Of a stretch of DNA of 64,000 bases, positions 15,015 to 26,941 are shown in pieces. Position numbers and translations under genes: made by a program. The notes under the pieces are model-generated. The model was given only the letters and a program-made list of their open reading frames with translations, did no database searches and was not told where the DNA came from. Every line of letters starts with the position of its first letter. Position 1 is the first letter of the stretch. Source of the DNA: Octopus sinensis (Eukaryota); the NCBI RefSeq assembly GCF_006345805.1, contig NC_043005.1:96472001-96536000 (forward strand). Reading direction: 5' to 3'.

Positions 15015-15221
15015 CGAGGTCTGATCAATAAGTATCCGGACTATTGCCATAATAACGAAGCTAAAGAATGCAGGATGAAGCCACTTGACACAGATTGACC
15101 TTAAACTCTGTTGTGCATGCACACTAAGTTTTAATATTCTAGCTCACTTCCGCTGTTTACAGTAGTGCTTGGAAGGAAGGTGTGTAATGTGTGATCATCG
15201 CATTGACCATGACAGAGAAAG
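15015..15221 (+). mobile_element. Mariner 5' end fragment
   Basis: TA|CGAGGTCTGATCAATAAGTATCCGG mariner-type TIR after a TA run; truncated just after ATGACAGAGAAAG. Confidence 0.6.
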
Positions 15222-15700
15222 CTGTTATGGCGATACCTGCTAAGTATAGGGGTTTATCTTTAGCTAGACATTAAATGTTGAAGATTTTATTTGCTTGTGT
15301 GGTAGCCGCTGAAGGCGGTATAACAAAAGTATGACGACTTCTGACGTCTGCCGTATATGCTATATATTTAGTATTTAAGTTATAATGCATGAAACTCTTG
15401 GCCCTTGAGTCACTGTATAACGTCTGCCAATTCTTGTTAAAACACACACATTTGTATTACTTAGGACTAAGGGCTAAATTGCAAAATAACTCAAACAGAG
15501 GACTTTCTCATCTGTTTCTTTTACATTCGAGATTTTTTTTCCAATTGTCTATGTACAAAATAAGTTCTTATTTGAGATAGAAACAGCGTTAACCCGGACG
15601 ACCTGGATGCGATGGGTACTACGTGGTTTGTGCCCTGACAGTGAGTCTGTTGCTATTTACTGTCACAGATTAATTTTACATTGGAATTCTTAACAGTTAA

Positions 15701-16068
15701 TCTCTATATCTATAAAGCTGAAGTTGTCTGTGTATAGCAGGTTTGGTAGCCTTCAACTAACACTATCTCCTCTGAGACCCTGAGAGTATGATAGAGGGCT
15801 TGCTCTTCCTTCCGTAGAAGAAAAAATATCAAATCGGACCATGTTAGCACCAAAAATTATTTACATCAAAAAGGTGCTTTTTTTCTATGAAAATCCCTAT
15901 TTTTTATGATTTTTTGACTGCTGTGTCGTAATTTTTCGGTGTATTTCAACCAGGAAAATGTTCACTTAAAGAGAATAACAAGCTACATAATGCAAAATTT
16001 TTACTTTTCAAAAATTCCAATTCTAAAGGGTCGAAACAAGCCCGAGCAACGTCGGGCTATACTGCTAG
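15701..16068 (+). mobile_element. Non-autonomous Helitron
   Basis: A|TCTCTATATCTATAA 5' end; subterminal hairpin GCCCGAGCAACGTCGGGC; ends CTAG|T. Confidence 0.8.
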
Positions 16069-16792
16069 TTTATTCATAAAACGAATCTATCCACACAGAA
16101 CTAAATAAAGGGAGGTAAGTCACATGATCAGATCTCCAGAAATGAGATACAATTAGCTGCTTTTCCCTCACTTTCTTGATCTCAGCTGAATCCAAAAATG
16201 GTGAGAAAACTTGTTTCATATCATTTCACAATCGTTCTCATATTTTAATTGAATTTTATTTTGCTTTCTAATTTAATATGCTTGTTAATATATATTCATG
16301 TAATTCTCTATGCTGTTAATCTATTTATAGTATTGCAGCTTTAGACGCAATCTTCTACCAAAAATTCTTCCTCACACACCAATGTGTTCTGTTTTTTTAA
16401 TGTTTTTATTTTGAACTTTCATATCAAAATAATCTTAATTTACTTTCAGATAAACATTTCATTTTACTCATATTTCACTTTCTAATGAAGATCTGTTATA
16501 GTTTGTTGACAGTTTATCATTTTAGATGATTTCCTGAGCCTCGAACTTTCACACACGTGTTCAGCGCCATCGTCGTTCTTCGCTTTAGTAACTTTTCAGT
16601 TTGTACCTTCATTTAATGACACAGAAGCAGGTGTGCACATTCAGGGGTTTGCCCACCTAATGCGATTATCAGTAATATTCGTTTAATCGACCAAACCCTA
16701 CACATTTCAGAAATAGTCGGCGGGGGGCGGGGGTTGAGCGAACACCCGCATTGTTGGGAGTATCATTAATGTCTGGGGTATTAGGATTGTCT

Positions 16793-19125
16793 TTTACTTG
16801 TTTCAGTCATTTGACTGCGGCCATGCTGGTGCACCGCCTTTAGTCAAGCAAGTCGACCCCAGGACTTATTCTTTGGGTTAATATAGGGCGTAACAAATAT
16901 CAGAAAATCAAAAAAAAAATGTGTGTAATAGGTGTAAAACAACTTCCTATGAACGAATATGAAAAAAAAAATTCGCGCACGCGAAAGGGGGGTGGGGGAG
17001 AGGCCTCGGAAAATTCACATCGGGAAGTTCCGAAAGCGTCTGAGGAGCTGACCCGGGCACCAAAACAAAAAAAAAATAGTGTAATATGTGTAAAACAACT
17101 TGCTCTAAACGAATATGACAAAAAAAAATGCGCTCTCGCGAAAGAGGGGTGGGGGAGAGGCCTCGGAATATTTATATCGGGAATTTCCGAAAGCGTCTGA
17201 ACCGGGCACAAAAACAAAAACAAAAACAGCGTAATAGGTGTAAAACAACTTGCTCTAAACGACTATCATGAAAAAAATGCGCGCTCGCGAAAGAGTAGGT
17301 GGGGGGAGAGGCTTCGGAAATTTCACATCTTCAGTCCACGGCCTTTAAACTAAGAAAAAATAGTGTAATTGGTGTAAAACTACTTGTTCTAAACGAGTAT
17401 CAAGAACACACACTCACACATGAATCATAAACTCCGTATTTTTGTACATATTTCGCAAAAAAAAAATAAATAAAGAGAAGAAATTCTGGAAAAAGTGAAG
17501 AAATGTTGGATCTCCGCCATGTGAATCAAAATACGTGTCAGAAACATCTTGAAATACTACAGAAATTATGTTACGAAAATGATAATGTATACATACCTCT
17601 TTGAGTGGTCCATCGATAATGATGATAAAGAAATGAGTTGGATTTGAACTCAGAATATTGACTAACACAACTACATACTACAAGACTCAAAATATTCAGC
17701 CAAGTCACCACCCTTTAACTAGCAATAATAATAACCTCAATAACATAACAGCCAAAAGATTTATTTGTTCTGAAAATAACAATCATAGTAAATAAATATG
17801 TTCTTTAATATTCACATTCATGTGCACAGTTAAACACACTTACATACAAACAGTCACGCATGCATAATACAGAACGGAACACATAAACGAAGGATGCATT
17901 ACTTAGTATATATTACATCTAGAGAATTTTGATTAATAAGTCAAATATGCAAATTATAAAGATAATTAATTGCTTTACTAAACAGTGTTGTAAAGGTGAA
18001 AAAATAAATTTGGGAAAAAAATACACGCCAAAACTAATTAATAAAGGATAATTAGGGAAGGATTGACACAAAATAATAATTTTTTCTGTCTCTTTTTTTC
18101 TGATAAATGCATCTTAATAAGTGAGAAGAATTGCATATATCTGAACTATTTCAAAGAAAAGCATAAATTTAATGTTTAAAATAGCTTTAACCAAGGAATG
18201 AGATCCAACATTTCTTCACTTTTTCCAGAATTTCTTCTCTTTATTTTTTTTTTTTTGCGAAATACGGAGTTTATGATTCATGTGTGAGTGTGTGTTCTTG
18301 ATACTCGTTTAGAACAAGTAGTTTTACACCAATTACACTATTTTTTCTTAGTTTAAAGGCCGTGGACTGAAGATGTGAAATTTCCGAAGCCTCTCCCCCA
18401 CCCCCCTTTCGCGAGCGCGCATTTTTTTCATGATAGTCGTTTAGAGCAAGTTGTTTTACACCTATTACGCTGTTTTTGTTTTTGTGCCCAGTTCAGACGC
18501 TTTCGGAAATTCCCGATATAAATATTCCGAGGCTTCTCCCCCACCCCTCTTTCGCGAGAGCGCATTTTTTTTTGTCATATTCGTTTAGAGCAAGTTGTTT
18601 TACACATATTACACTATTTTTTTTTGTTTTGGTGCCCGGGTCAGCTCCTCAGACGCTTTCGGAACTTCCCGATGTGAATTTTCCGAGGCCTCTCCCCCAC
18701 CCCCCTTTCGCGTGCGCGAATTTTTTTTTTCATATTCGTTCATAGGAAGTTGTTTTACACCTATTACACACATTTTTTTTTTGATTTTCTGATATTTGTT
18801 ACGCCCTATATTAACCATTCTTTGTAAGCCTAGTACTTATTTTGCTGAACCGCTATGTTAGGGGATGTAAACACACCAACATCGGTTGTCAAGCGATGGT
18901 TGGGGGACAAACACAGACACACAAATATATATATACACACACACACACACACATATATATACAATTATATGACGAGCTTCTTTCAGTTTCCATCTACCAA
19001 ATCCACTCACAAGGCTTTGGTCGGCCTGAGGCTTTAATAGAAGACACTTGCCCAAGGTGCCACGCAGTGGGACTGAACCTCGAACCATGTGGTTGATTAC
19101 AAGCTACTTACCACACAGCCACTCC
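16793..19125 (-). mobile_element. tRNA-derived SINE split by the foldback insertion (halves 16793-16875 and 18817-19125)
   Basis: The joined halves match the intact copy at 56972-57420 (CCCCAGGACTTATTCTTTG|TAAGCCTAGTAC). Confidence 0.85.
16876..18816. mobile_element. Foldback-like non-autonomous DNA transposon with ~620-640-bp internally repetitive TIRs
   Basis: Ends GGTTAATATAGGGCGT ... ACGCCCTATATTAACC; 8-bp TSD ATTCTTTG (16868-16875 and 18817-18824); arms 16876-17514 and 18200-18816 each contain about 3.5 copies of a ~130-150-bp unit. Confidence 0.92.
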
Positions 19126-19556
19126 TTAAAAAATATTCTGATAAGAGGTCAACTCTACGTCGTATTTATTCGACCCGCTAGAAATACCCCCATCCTCTCC
19201 GTTTTCTGCGGAAAAAATGCCCCCCAAAAAACCGTAGCGAAAAAATTATCTACTACCGAAATCGAGTCTGGTGTGAAATTATAAATTTACCGAATCTTCA
19301 AATCGCACCATGCTATCTTTAGAACTGGAAGAACATTGAATATCCTGAGACATACTAATTATAACGGTTGAGTATACCTTGAATGCTTTTGACTCTTGGT
19401 TTGCTCAGTCAGACTTAACATGGAACTAAAAGATAGCAAACATTCTAGGCGACATCTCTTGTTCAAGTATCTCTCAATGTTTCCATATTGTTGCAGTCTC
19501 CTTCCTCCTCTAATTGTAAACAATATCTGTAATAGGTGATACAGAACCAGTTTAGA

Positions 19557-19757
19557 AGCGATCTTTCGGTACAAGTACCATAACTGCCAATTATAAACCC
19601 ACGTGGGTTTATTTACATTTCTGAAGAAAAAAGAAACCCTTTTCCCCCACCCCTAACCCCACATATATAAAAAAAAAAACTTTACAGAAAGTGACGATCT
19701 TCTTCAAATGTAAACAAACAGACTTGGCAATTATGGTACTTGTACCGAAAGATCGCC
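19557..19757. mobile_element. MITE with 33-34-bp TIRs upstream of LTV1
   Basis: 19558-19590 and 19724-19756 are reverse complements with 1 mismatch; flanks AGTTTAGA / AGTTTAGG (7 of 8, probable TSD). Confidence 0.75.
19593..19612. promoter_or_regulatory. Perfect 20-bp palindrome centred on a CACGTG E-box
   Basis: ATAAACCCACGTGGGTTTAT is its own reverse complement; it lies about 1.2 kb upstream of the first identified LTV1 coding exon. Function is inferred. Confidence 0.45.
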
Positions 19758-20802
19758 AGTTTAGGTTCTTTCACAATATTAACGCTTTAGTTGTTCTTTC
19801 ATTCTTTTATTGATTTCAGTCACAGGACGGAGGTTATGCACAGCAATTTTTCAAGAGTTTTTATAGTCGATTATGTCAATCTGGGAGTAAAAAGATGCAA
19901 CCAAATGCCACAAGATGGTTAATATTGTTTACCCCCAGATCAACCCTAACGGAACAGACCTATGTTCAAATACATCCCAGTTGTCACAGTCCCTTCTCTA
20001 TTTCAATATATATATATATTCTCAATTAAATGTTAAACGTACTGGTGGATCACCTTGTCTTTGTGTGTGTATGTATGTACATATGTATGTGTGTGTGTAC
20101 ATACATATATACATATACGACGAGATAATGTTTGCCTCTTAGAGACAAAAGGGTTTATAAGACTGCAAAAAAGAAGTGCTCGAATTTAATTGAGACAGAG
20201 ATGAAAAAACACTGATCAGAGAACAAACCTCAAATTCAAGTCAACAACTTTATACATAACACTATGCCTCCAAACATTTGATCATATATAAATATTACCG
20301 TGGCCTTTCAACATATAAAGAATACATTTATATAAAAAAAACACAGAAGGTAAAAAATATATATGCAAATAAAAATACAGATATATAAAACAGCCATTAT
20401 AGTTGTTTTTCCCATTTTAAGATTTAATTCCATTCCTATTATTACTATCCTTTATTTTTCAAATCAAAGAAGGCATGCCATCTTAGCCTGTTGATAAACT
20501 TGGTGGTTTTATAGATAAGTTATTCCATATATACGTACCTTGAAGGTATGGGGATATATTTTGTTGAAAAATCCAATGTTTATTCATAATGCAATCTATA
20601 TGAAGTGCTCAACGAGCAGATGTGTGTGTATATATATAAACAAACACACATACATTTTACGTTACCATTGTTTTCTTTGTTACTTTTTTCTAATTTCTTT
20701 TATAATACAAAGATCTTTTATAAAAGTGACAAGGTTTGAATTTATCTGTAGCTTACGTGTATATTTTTTAATAAAATAGTTTGATTTGAAATTTCTTTTT
20801 AG

Positions 20803-20931
20803 CCGAGACGCAAGACGAAATTCATTGACAAAAAGAATGCAGTCACTTTTCATCTTGTGCATCGAAGTCAACAAGATCCTATGCTTGTGTCTGAAGATGC
20901 TTCTCATTTTGTACTACTGCCTTCTGGTGCG
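20803..20931 (+). CDS. LTV1: LTV1 coding exon A (PRRKTKFIDKKNAVTFHLVHRSQQDP...PSGA)
   Basis: tttttag acceptor, gtaagt donor, 129 nt, phase 0/0. Confidence 0.95.
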
Positions 20932-22167
20932 GTAAGTTTCAATTTCATTATTTTCTTTCCTTACTGGTTCATTGATTTCAAGATTTTTTTAATGCTTTAT
21001 CTTAAATGAAGTTTTGTTAGAGAATTGAACTAGTAACCATAAAGTCGAGAGTTCATGGAGCATGAATCCTGTGCTCTGTTTCTGACAAATGCACTTAACT
21101 TTCCCTTATTAATTGCACAGTCTGAAAATAGGTGCTGTGAGAGAGAACAATTCACCTTGCTCAAGTGGTTCTTATTTGATCTAATGCTCAGATCAAATTT
21201 TATTGTGAGTCATTAGGAGCCAAAGTTAAGAAATAATTTTGGTTATTTTTCCTTGAGTGAGTATTTGAATACATTTTTATAATTTTCAGATGAACCATTA
21301 TGGATCATTATTTGTTTGATATCAGTCTTTTAAGGAAGGCATGAGTCCTAGAAAAAAAAAAAGAAAGTGATTTGCTGGTTTCAGTCATTGGAATGTAACA
21401 ATGCTGGGTCATTCCATTGAAAGGGTTATACAATTAAATTGACCTCAATATATAAAATCTGGTATTTATTCTATCAGTTACTTTTGCTGTAAACAAAATA
21501 ATGCTGGTTATCAAGCAGTAAACAGGAGAAACAAGCACAGCAAAGATGCCTGCACATACACAGAGTGACTTCTGCACAGTTTCCATGTACCAGATTCACT
21601 CTTGAGAGCATTTGTTAGCCCAAGGTTATAGTAGAAGACTCTTGTCTGAATTACTGTGGAGCAAAACTGAAACCAAATTGGATTTCAAAGTGGACTTCTT
21701 AAGTACACAATCATGCCTGTACCTGGTTGTGCTTTAAATATAAATATAAACTCATATGTGGCTAAAATATTGAGTCTATGTTGTGCAAGAGTACGACACC
21801 TCTTGGAGAGAATGAACTGGACCACAATATATAAATGTACTAGTTCCACAGTTCGTGTGTTGATAGTCCAAAGTTGGAGTTCAGAGTTTACAGTTTGAGT
21901 TAGCATGTTGGATTGTTGGTTTTTAAAAGATTGTTATGTTCTGTGTGGTTACTGCCATTTGTTATGATTATATTGTTATTACACTGTTGCAGTGTATTTA
22001 ATTTATCCATGAGGATATAAGAGTCTATCAGATACTCACTTTTAGTTCCCTTCCAGAAGAGTTATATCTTTTTTGCATCCACACTTAATTTTTATATCAA
22101 TTGTATAAATATGCATTCTTTGTTCACTCCTAGAAAATTTAATGTAATTCTAACCTTTATTGTATAG

Positions 22168-22317
22168 AATAAAAGAGAGCAGCTATTGGAAGAACAAAGA
22201 AAATTTGGCATTTATTTCGAAGATGACTACAACTATCTGCAACATTTGAAGGAAGCAAATGAAACTGTGGAAATAGATGACACCGAGACATTTCAGATGA
22301 TAAGCTCTGAGCCATGT
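22168..22317 (+). CDS. LTV1: LTV1 coding exon B (NKREQLLEEQRKFGIYFEDDYNYLQHLKE...EPC)
   Basis: gtatag acceptor, gtgagt donor, 150 nt, phase 0/0. Confidence 0.93.
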
Positions 22318-22460
22318 GTGAGTATTTTAGATAACTTGCATTGGTCTTTGTGAATTTCTGATGTAAATGAATGAAAAAATATCCTACATGACTGTGAGTC
22401 TACACAGATAGATACAGATGGATGATACTTTTCACATTAGCAAAGAACTAAAGGTCTGAA

Positions 22461-22671
22461 CCCTTTTGTTGTTAACCGACTTGAGGCTGCATCTGATTCT
22501 ATGATACAAACTTACCATTTTAAAGTGATGCAAATTAAAACCTATCAAAATTCTGTGTTAATTTATGTTCCAAACATCAGCTTAATAACAAAGTCATTTT
22601 ACTAAATTCTTCTTCAGAATTATTTGAAACAAAGGCAGTGTTATTTCAATAGCAATATGGTAACAAAAGGG
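22461..22671. mobile_element. piggyBac-type MITE in an LTV1 intron
   Basis: TGAA|CCCTTTTGTT ... GTAACAAAAGGG|TTAA; same family as 3131-3352. Confidence 0.7.
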
Positions 22672-23003
22672 TTAAATCTAGAGTGGTAGAACAGGATATC
22701 ATTTTGGAAGTTTGCCTAGGATATGACACTGCTATAGGAGCTACCAGAGTGAAATAAAGACATCTATTATAATGGGGTTTATCACTATGAGATGTAAGAC
22801 AATGTGGCCTTATAACTTTTACCGAGCAGGAATAACTAATGCATCTGTCATAAAGTTTATCTTCATGAGGTCACAACATTTATCTGGGTGGAATAATTTA
22901 AGATGTTTGTTATTTATCTTCATTAGAAGTAACTTATGGTATGACATTCTCATATTTACTGAAGAGGAATAATTTGTAATTTATATGATATTTATCACAA
23001 TAT

Positions 23004-23590
23004 TTTTTTGTGGTCTTGGTCAGCTTATTGTTGTCCCATACCCGTTTGGAGAGTTGGGCCATCACAGCAGCTGCCTTGCCAAAGCGTATATTGAGCTCGG
23101 CATCAAGGGATAGGTTGTAGGTGATGGTAGAGCCAAGATAGGTAAACTTCTCCACCTCCTGTAGTCAGTGGTCTCCAATATGTATGTTTGGGATGCCCGA
23201 TGTAGCCTGACCCATGATGTTGGTCTTCTTGAGGCTGATAACTAAGCCAAAGTCACTACATGCTTGCTCAATATTAGCGACTGGGAAGCAATTGCCAGCA
23301 ACCGTGGAGATTGGTGACGTACCGTAAAAGAGGGAACACAAAGGAGTGACAGAGAGAGAGAGAGGAGAAATGGAAAGACAAGAAAAGATGTCAACAAGAA
23401 ACTATGACATTACAACCAGCCAGGCAAAGTCTTCTACATTTGCAGCACCTGCCAGATGGAGTGTTTGTCCAGAATAGGACTACACAGCCACAGAAGGAGA
23501 TGTATTAGGACATGAAATGTAAAAGCTGGACTAGATTATTTTATGCGCAACTCCATTGTCTCCCGACACAAAAAGGATGTCAACAATCAC
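23004..23590. mobile_element. RTE-clade LINE 3' fragment with an inverted 5' part
   Basis: Minus strand 23004-23276 encodes ACSDFGLVISLKKT...EKFTYLGSTI...KRVWDNNKLTKTTK; plus strand 23277-23590 encodes DWEAIASNRGDW and YICSTCQMECLSRIGLHSHRRRC followed by an RTE-type 3' UTR. Confidence 0.85.
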
Positions 23591-24303
23591 AACATATACC
23601 CAACATGGATAATTACTGCATTTGTCATATGAAGGTTTATTTTTCATGTGATGTAACACGTGTTATGACATTATCACTTTACCTGAGAGGAATAATTAAG
23701 ACATTTAACTGAATGAAGTTTATCTATGTTTTCTAATTTATATGATATTTACTAAAGGAGAATAATTAAAACATCTGTCACAATGAGATTTACTTTCATG
23801 TGATGAATGCTATTGTTAGTTTAAATGATAAATTTGGAAAGTATGAAATAACTCCTTACGCAGAATATTGGTAAGCGTTTCTGTGGTACTCAAATATTAC
23901 GGTAGAAGGAATGAATTTATGGTACGTACAACACTGTTATAGATGAGAACATCTCAGTGCTTATAGATTACATAGTGTCTTATTCTAAATAAAGTATATT
24001 TTTTACACAATTCTATTTTCCTGTGTCAATCTTGTACATATGCTAAGTGATTATTTTATCACTGCTGAAGCAAGCATGGCAAACACTATGCTTCATTGAG
24101 GAAGTCAGTATAAAGTGGAAATATACCCAGAATTATCTCCCATACTTCCCAGAACACAAAAATAACGTTAGTTATTAACTAGTAACTAATAGCTTTTCTT
24201 ACTGCATAAATGTTTATAGTTAGTGTTTTTTTTTTTAACTAGTACCTGCATTAAATATGCAACACTAACTAAACTATATAAACTTACTCTTACTAAATTA
24301 TAG

Positions 24304-24403
24304 AAAACTGCACCTGATGTAAAGCTACACCTGCCCTCAACTGTATTTAGCAGTGGTGTGGAGACGAAAGTTGGATTATTAAACAAAGCTGCTCCTCAGT
24401 CAG
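24304..24403 (+). CDS. LTV1: LTV1 coding exon C (KTAPDVKLHLPSTVFSSGVETKVGLLNKAAPQS)
   Basis: ttatag acceptor, gtaaaa donor, 100 nt, phase 0/1. Confidence 0.94.
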
Positions 24404-25299
24404 GTAAAAAAAAATTATTTTATTTGTTGCAAAATAACATTTTTATTAGTTTTTGTAAAGATTGGTTGTTAGTAGATTGTTGTTATTTTCTGAAGGTGGG
24501 GTACACCCCTAGTGCTTTCTATGCGAAAATGGGAATAACAAGATGAAGCTAATGTAGTGGATGTTGAATTTCAACTATTGCAGGTTAGCATTTAAAATAT
24601 AAGCAGCAGTAATGTTATAGGTTGAGGATAGTGTTTTCTGGAAAGTGGAGAATGGGTAATATGGAGGTTTGTGTGGCTAGAAGATACTGAATGTGTGTGT
24701 CTAGGAACCTCCAAAGATCACTCAGCTATGAGTGGTGAGATTGTGATCATTTCTCCTGTCTACTGACTTTGTACTTTTGTAGACAGGCAGAATGCTTGAA
24801 AAGCAGTTATGGTTTAGTGACAGGAAGAGTATCCAGTTGTAAAATAATGCCTGAATATCCATTTAATCCATGTTTATATGGAAAAAAAAGCATAAAATCA
24901 TTGAATGAACAAAGTAATTTAAAGATACCTTTAGCATTTTAAATATTGCTTTTCATTTTAATACCAAATATACTTATGACTCACACTGTATGTATGTTTG
25001 TACATATGCACTCTCATGCATATATGTGTACATACACAAACACACATGTTTGCATATAATAAGTTTCTGTACAGTGTCTGTCTACCAATTTCGTTCATAA
25101 AGTATTGGTGTTAACTTAAGGCTATAGGTGAAAACACTTGTACAAGGTGCCATGCTGTGAGATCAAGTGTGAAACCACATGGCTGTGTAGTAAACGCCTT
25201 AGCCACTAATCTATACCTGTCTGTACCTAAATGCATTTACTTGCTGTGTTTGTTTATTTAATTCTCTCCTTAACAAGATGTTCACATATTTCATTGCAG

Positions 25300-25417
25300 G
25301 TCCCAAGGTGGATTGGGATCCAGATATTGTTGCCGCTCTTGATGAGGATTATGATTTTGAGGATCCTGAAGGTGTTTTAGACGATGACTTTATGACAGTG
25401 GCAAATAAAAAGGACAA
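25300..25417 (+). CDS. LTV1: LTV1 coding exon D (GPKVDWDPDIVAALDEDYDFEDPEGVLDDDFMTVANKKD)
   Basis: ttgcag acceptor, gtatgg donor, 118 nt, phase 1/2. Confidence 0.95.
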
Positions 25418-25501
25418 GTATGGGAAATTTTTTAAATATTTCTCTGTAATTTTAGTCGGCTGTACTCAAGACAGCATGTAGGCTAGTGTTGACATATTTA
25501 A

Positions 25502-25690
25502 CCCTTTCGTTACTATATTTCTGACCAAAATACACCTCTCATGAGTTTCAATTAAATTCTTAAATAATCATGAATTTAGACTAGTTTCATTAAACAACTC
25601 TAACTTTTTTACTTATCAACATATTAATGTGATATTTGGAACATAATTGAAGAAAGGGTTCTTAATCAATTCTATTGCATAATTTTTGTC
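25502..25690 (-). mobile_element. piggyBac terminal fragment
   Basis: TTAA|CCCTTTCGTTACTATATTTCTGACC is the reverse complement of the right end of 34218-35233; the other end is lost. Confidence 0.7.
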
Positions 25691-26029
25691 TCAATGTTAG
25701 CCGCTCTGGCAACGATCATGCTTGGATGGTGCTCTTAGCACCCTACTAGTACGGGCGCAAGTGCCGGTAAGGCGACGCTGGTAACAATCACACTTGAATG
25801 GTGCCTTTTATGTGTTTTGCCAGTTAGCTGCTCTGTCAATGATCACACTCGTATGGTGCTCTTTGCACCCCGCTAGCACGGATGCCAGTCATCGAATTTG
25901 ATTTTGGAAAAGGAAAATAATATTAGATGCAGGTGTGACTGTGTGGTTAAGCTTGTGTAAGAAATCAATGATGTTTTTAATTTCAGTTTTGAGTTAATTT
26001 GATATTTATTTTTTTCTTTTCTATTAAAG

Positions 26030-26243
26030 TGAAGATGAGGATGGTTCAGATGAAGATGACTCAGATGAGAGTGGTTCAGACATTTCTTCTAATCTTGGAG
26101 ATATGTCAGGATCTGATGCACGTTCTGATGATGATTATTTCATGGAAGAAGAAACCAAATCTCATTTCACGAATTACTCAATGACATCATCAGTGGTGCC
26201 AAGAAGTGAAGCACTGAAGGACATTGACGATCAATTTGAAAAG
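26030..26243 (+). CDS. LTV1: LTV1 coding exon E (acidic tract ... EEETKSHFTNYSMTSSVVPRSEALKDIDDQFEK)
   Basis: ttaaag acceptor, gtaagt donor, 214 nt, phase 2/0. Confidence 0.94.
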
Positions 26244-26941
26244 GTAAGTTATTTCTTTGTTTTCAGATGTCTGATTTTTTTTCTCTTTAATTAGAAGAGA
26301 AGTCGGTACTTATGATTTTACACGGGACCAATTAAACTGTTGGGAGGGAAGGGGAAAGGTATCCTCAAACTGGTGACCTAACCTGAATGTTTGCCAGAGT
26401 TGGCCCCTCTAAAGGCACCCAAAGTTTCAGGTAGTAGTGTTAAACAGAGTAATGGATTAAGTCCATCCAAGTTGGCCATGATGGGATTTGAACTCAGAAC
26501 ACAAAGAACCAGAACAAATATTGTAAGGCAGCTGGTCCAATGTTCTTAAAGCTCTACCAATTCATTGTCCTGGATTGATATGTTTTGTAACAACTCCCAA
26601 AAGGATGACAAGGTAAAGGGGACGAATACGATATCATCTCTTTTAATTATCATTTTAACATCCACTTCTCCAGGCTCTCATGGACTGGACAGAGTTTATT
26701 GAAATAGATTTTCTATGACTGAAACGAGTAAAAGAGTAATTCTTAGTGGCTTCTTAACACAGTGGTTTTTTAAAATTCAATTGTGGATGTTCATTCATTC
26801 TTTTTCATAGGATATAAACTTATGCTGTGAAATGTTTTCAACTATGAATTGAAACCAGGAACTTAGCATTAATATAATAATATAGGGTACCACTAATAGT
26901 TTTTTGGCTACCATAAAAATTTTTGCATCAATATTTTTCAG

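Noticed and set aside
16920-17400. Regularly spaced repeats as a CRISPR-like array
   Set aside because: Long contiguous ~140-bp units without unique spacers, inside a eukaryotic transposon TIR; no cas genes.
16900-18818. Mirror-image ORFs of 65-107 aa
   Set aside because: They arise from the two TIR arms; no domain motifs.
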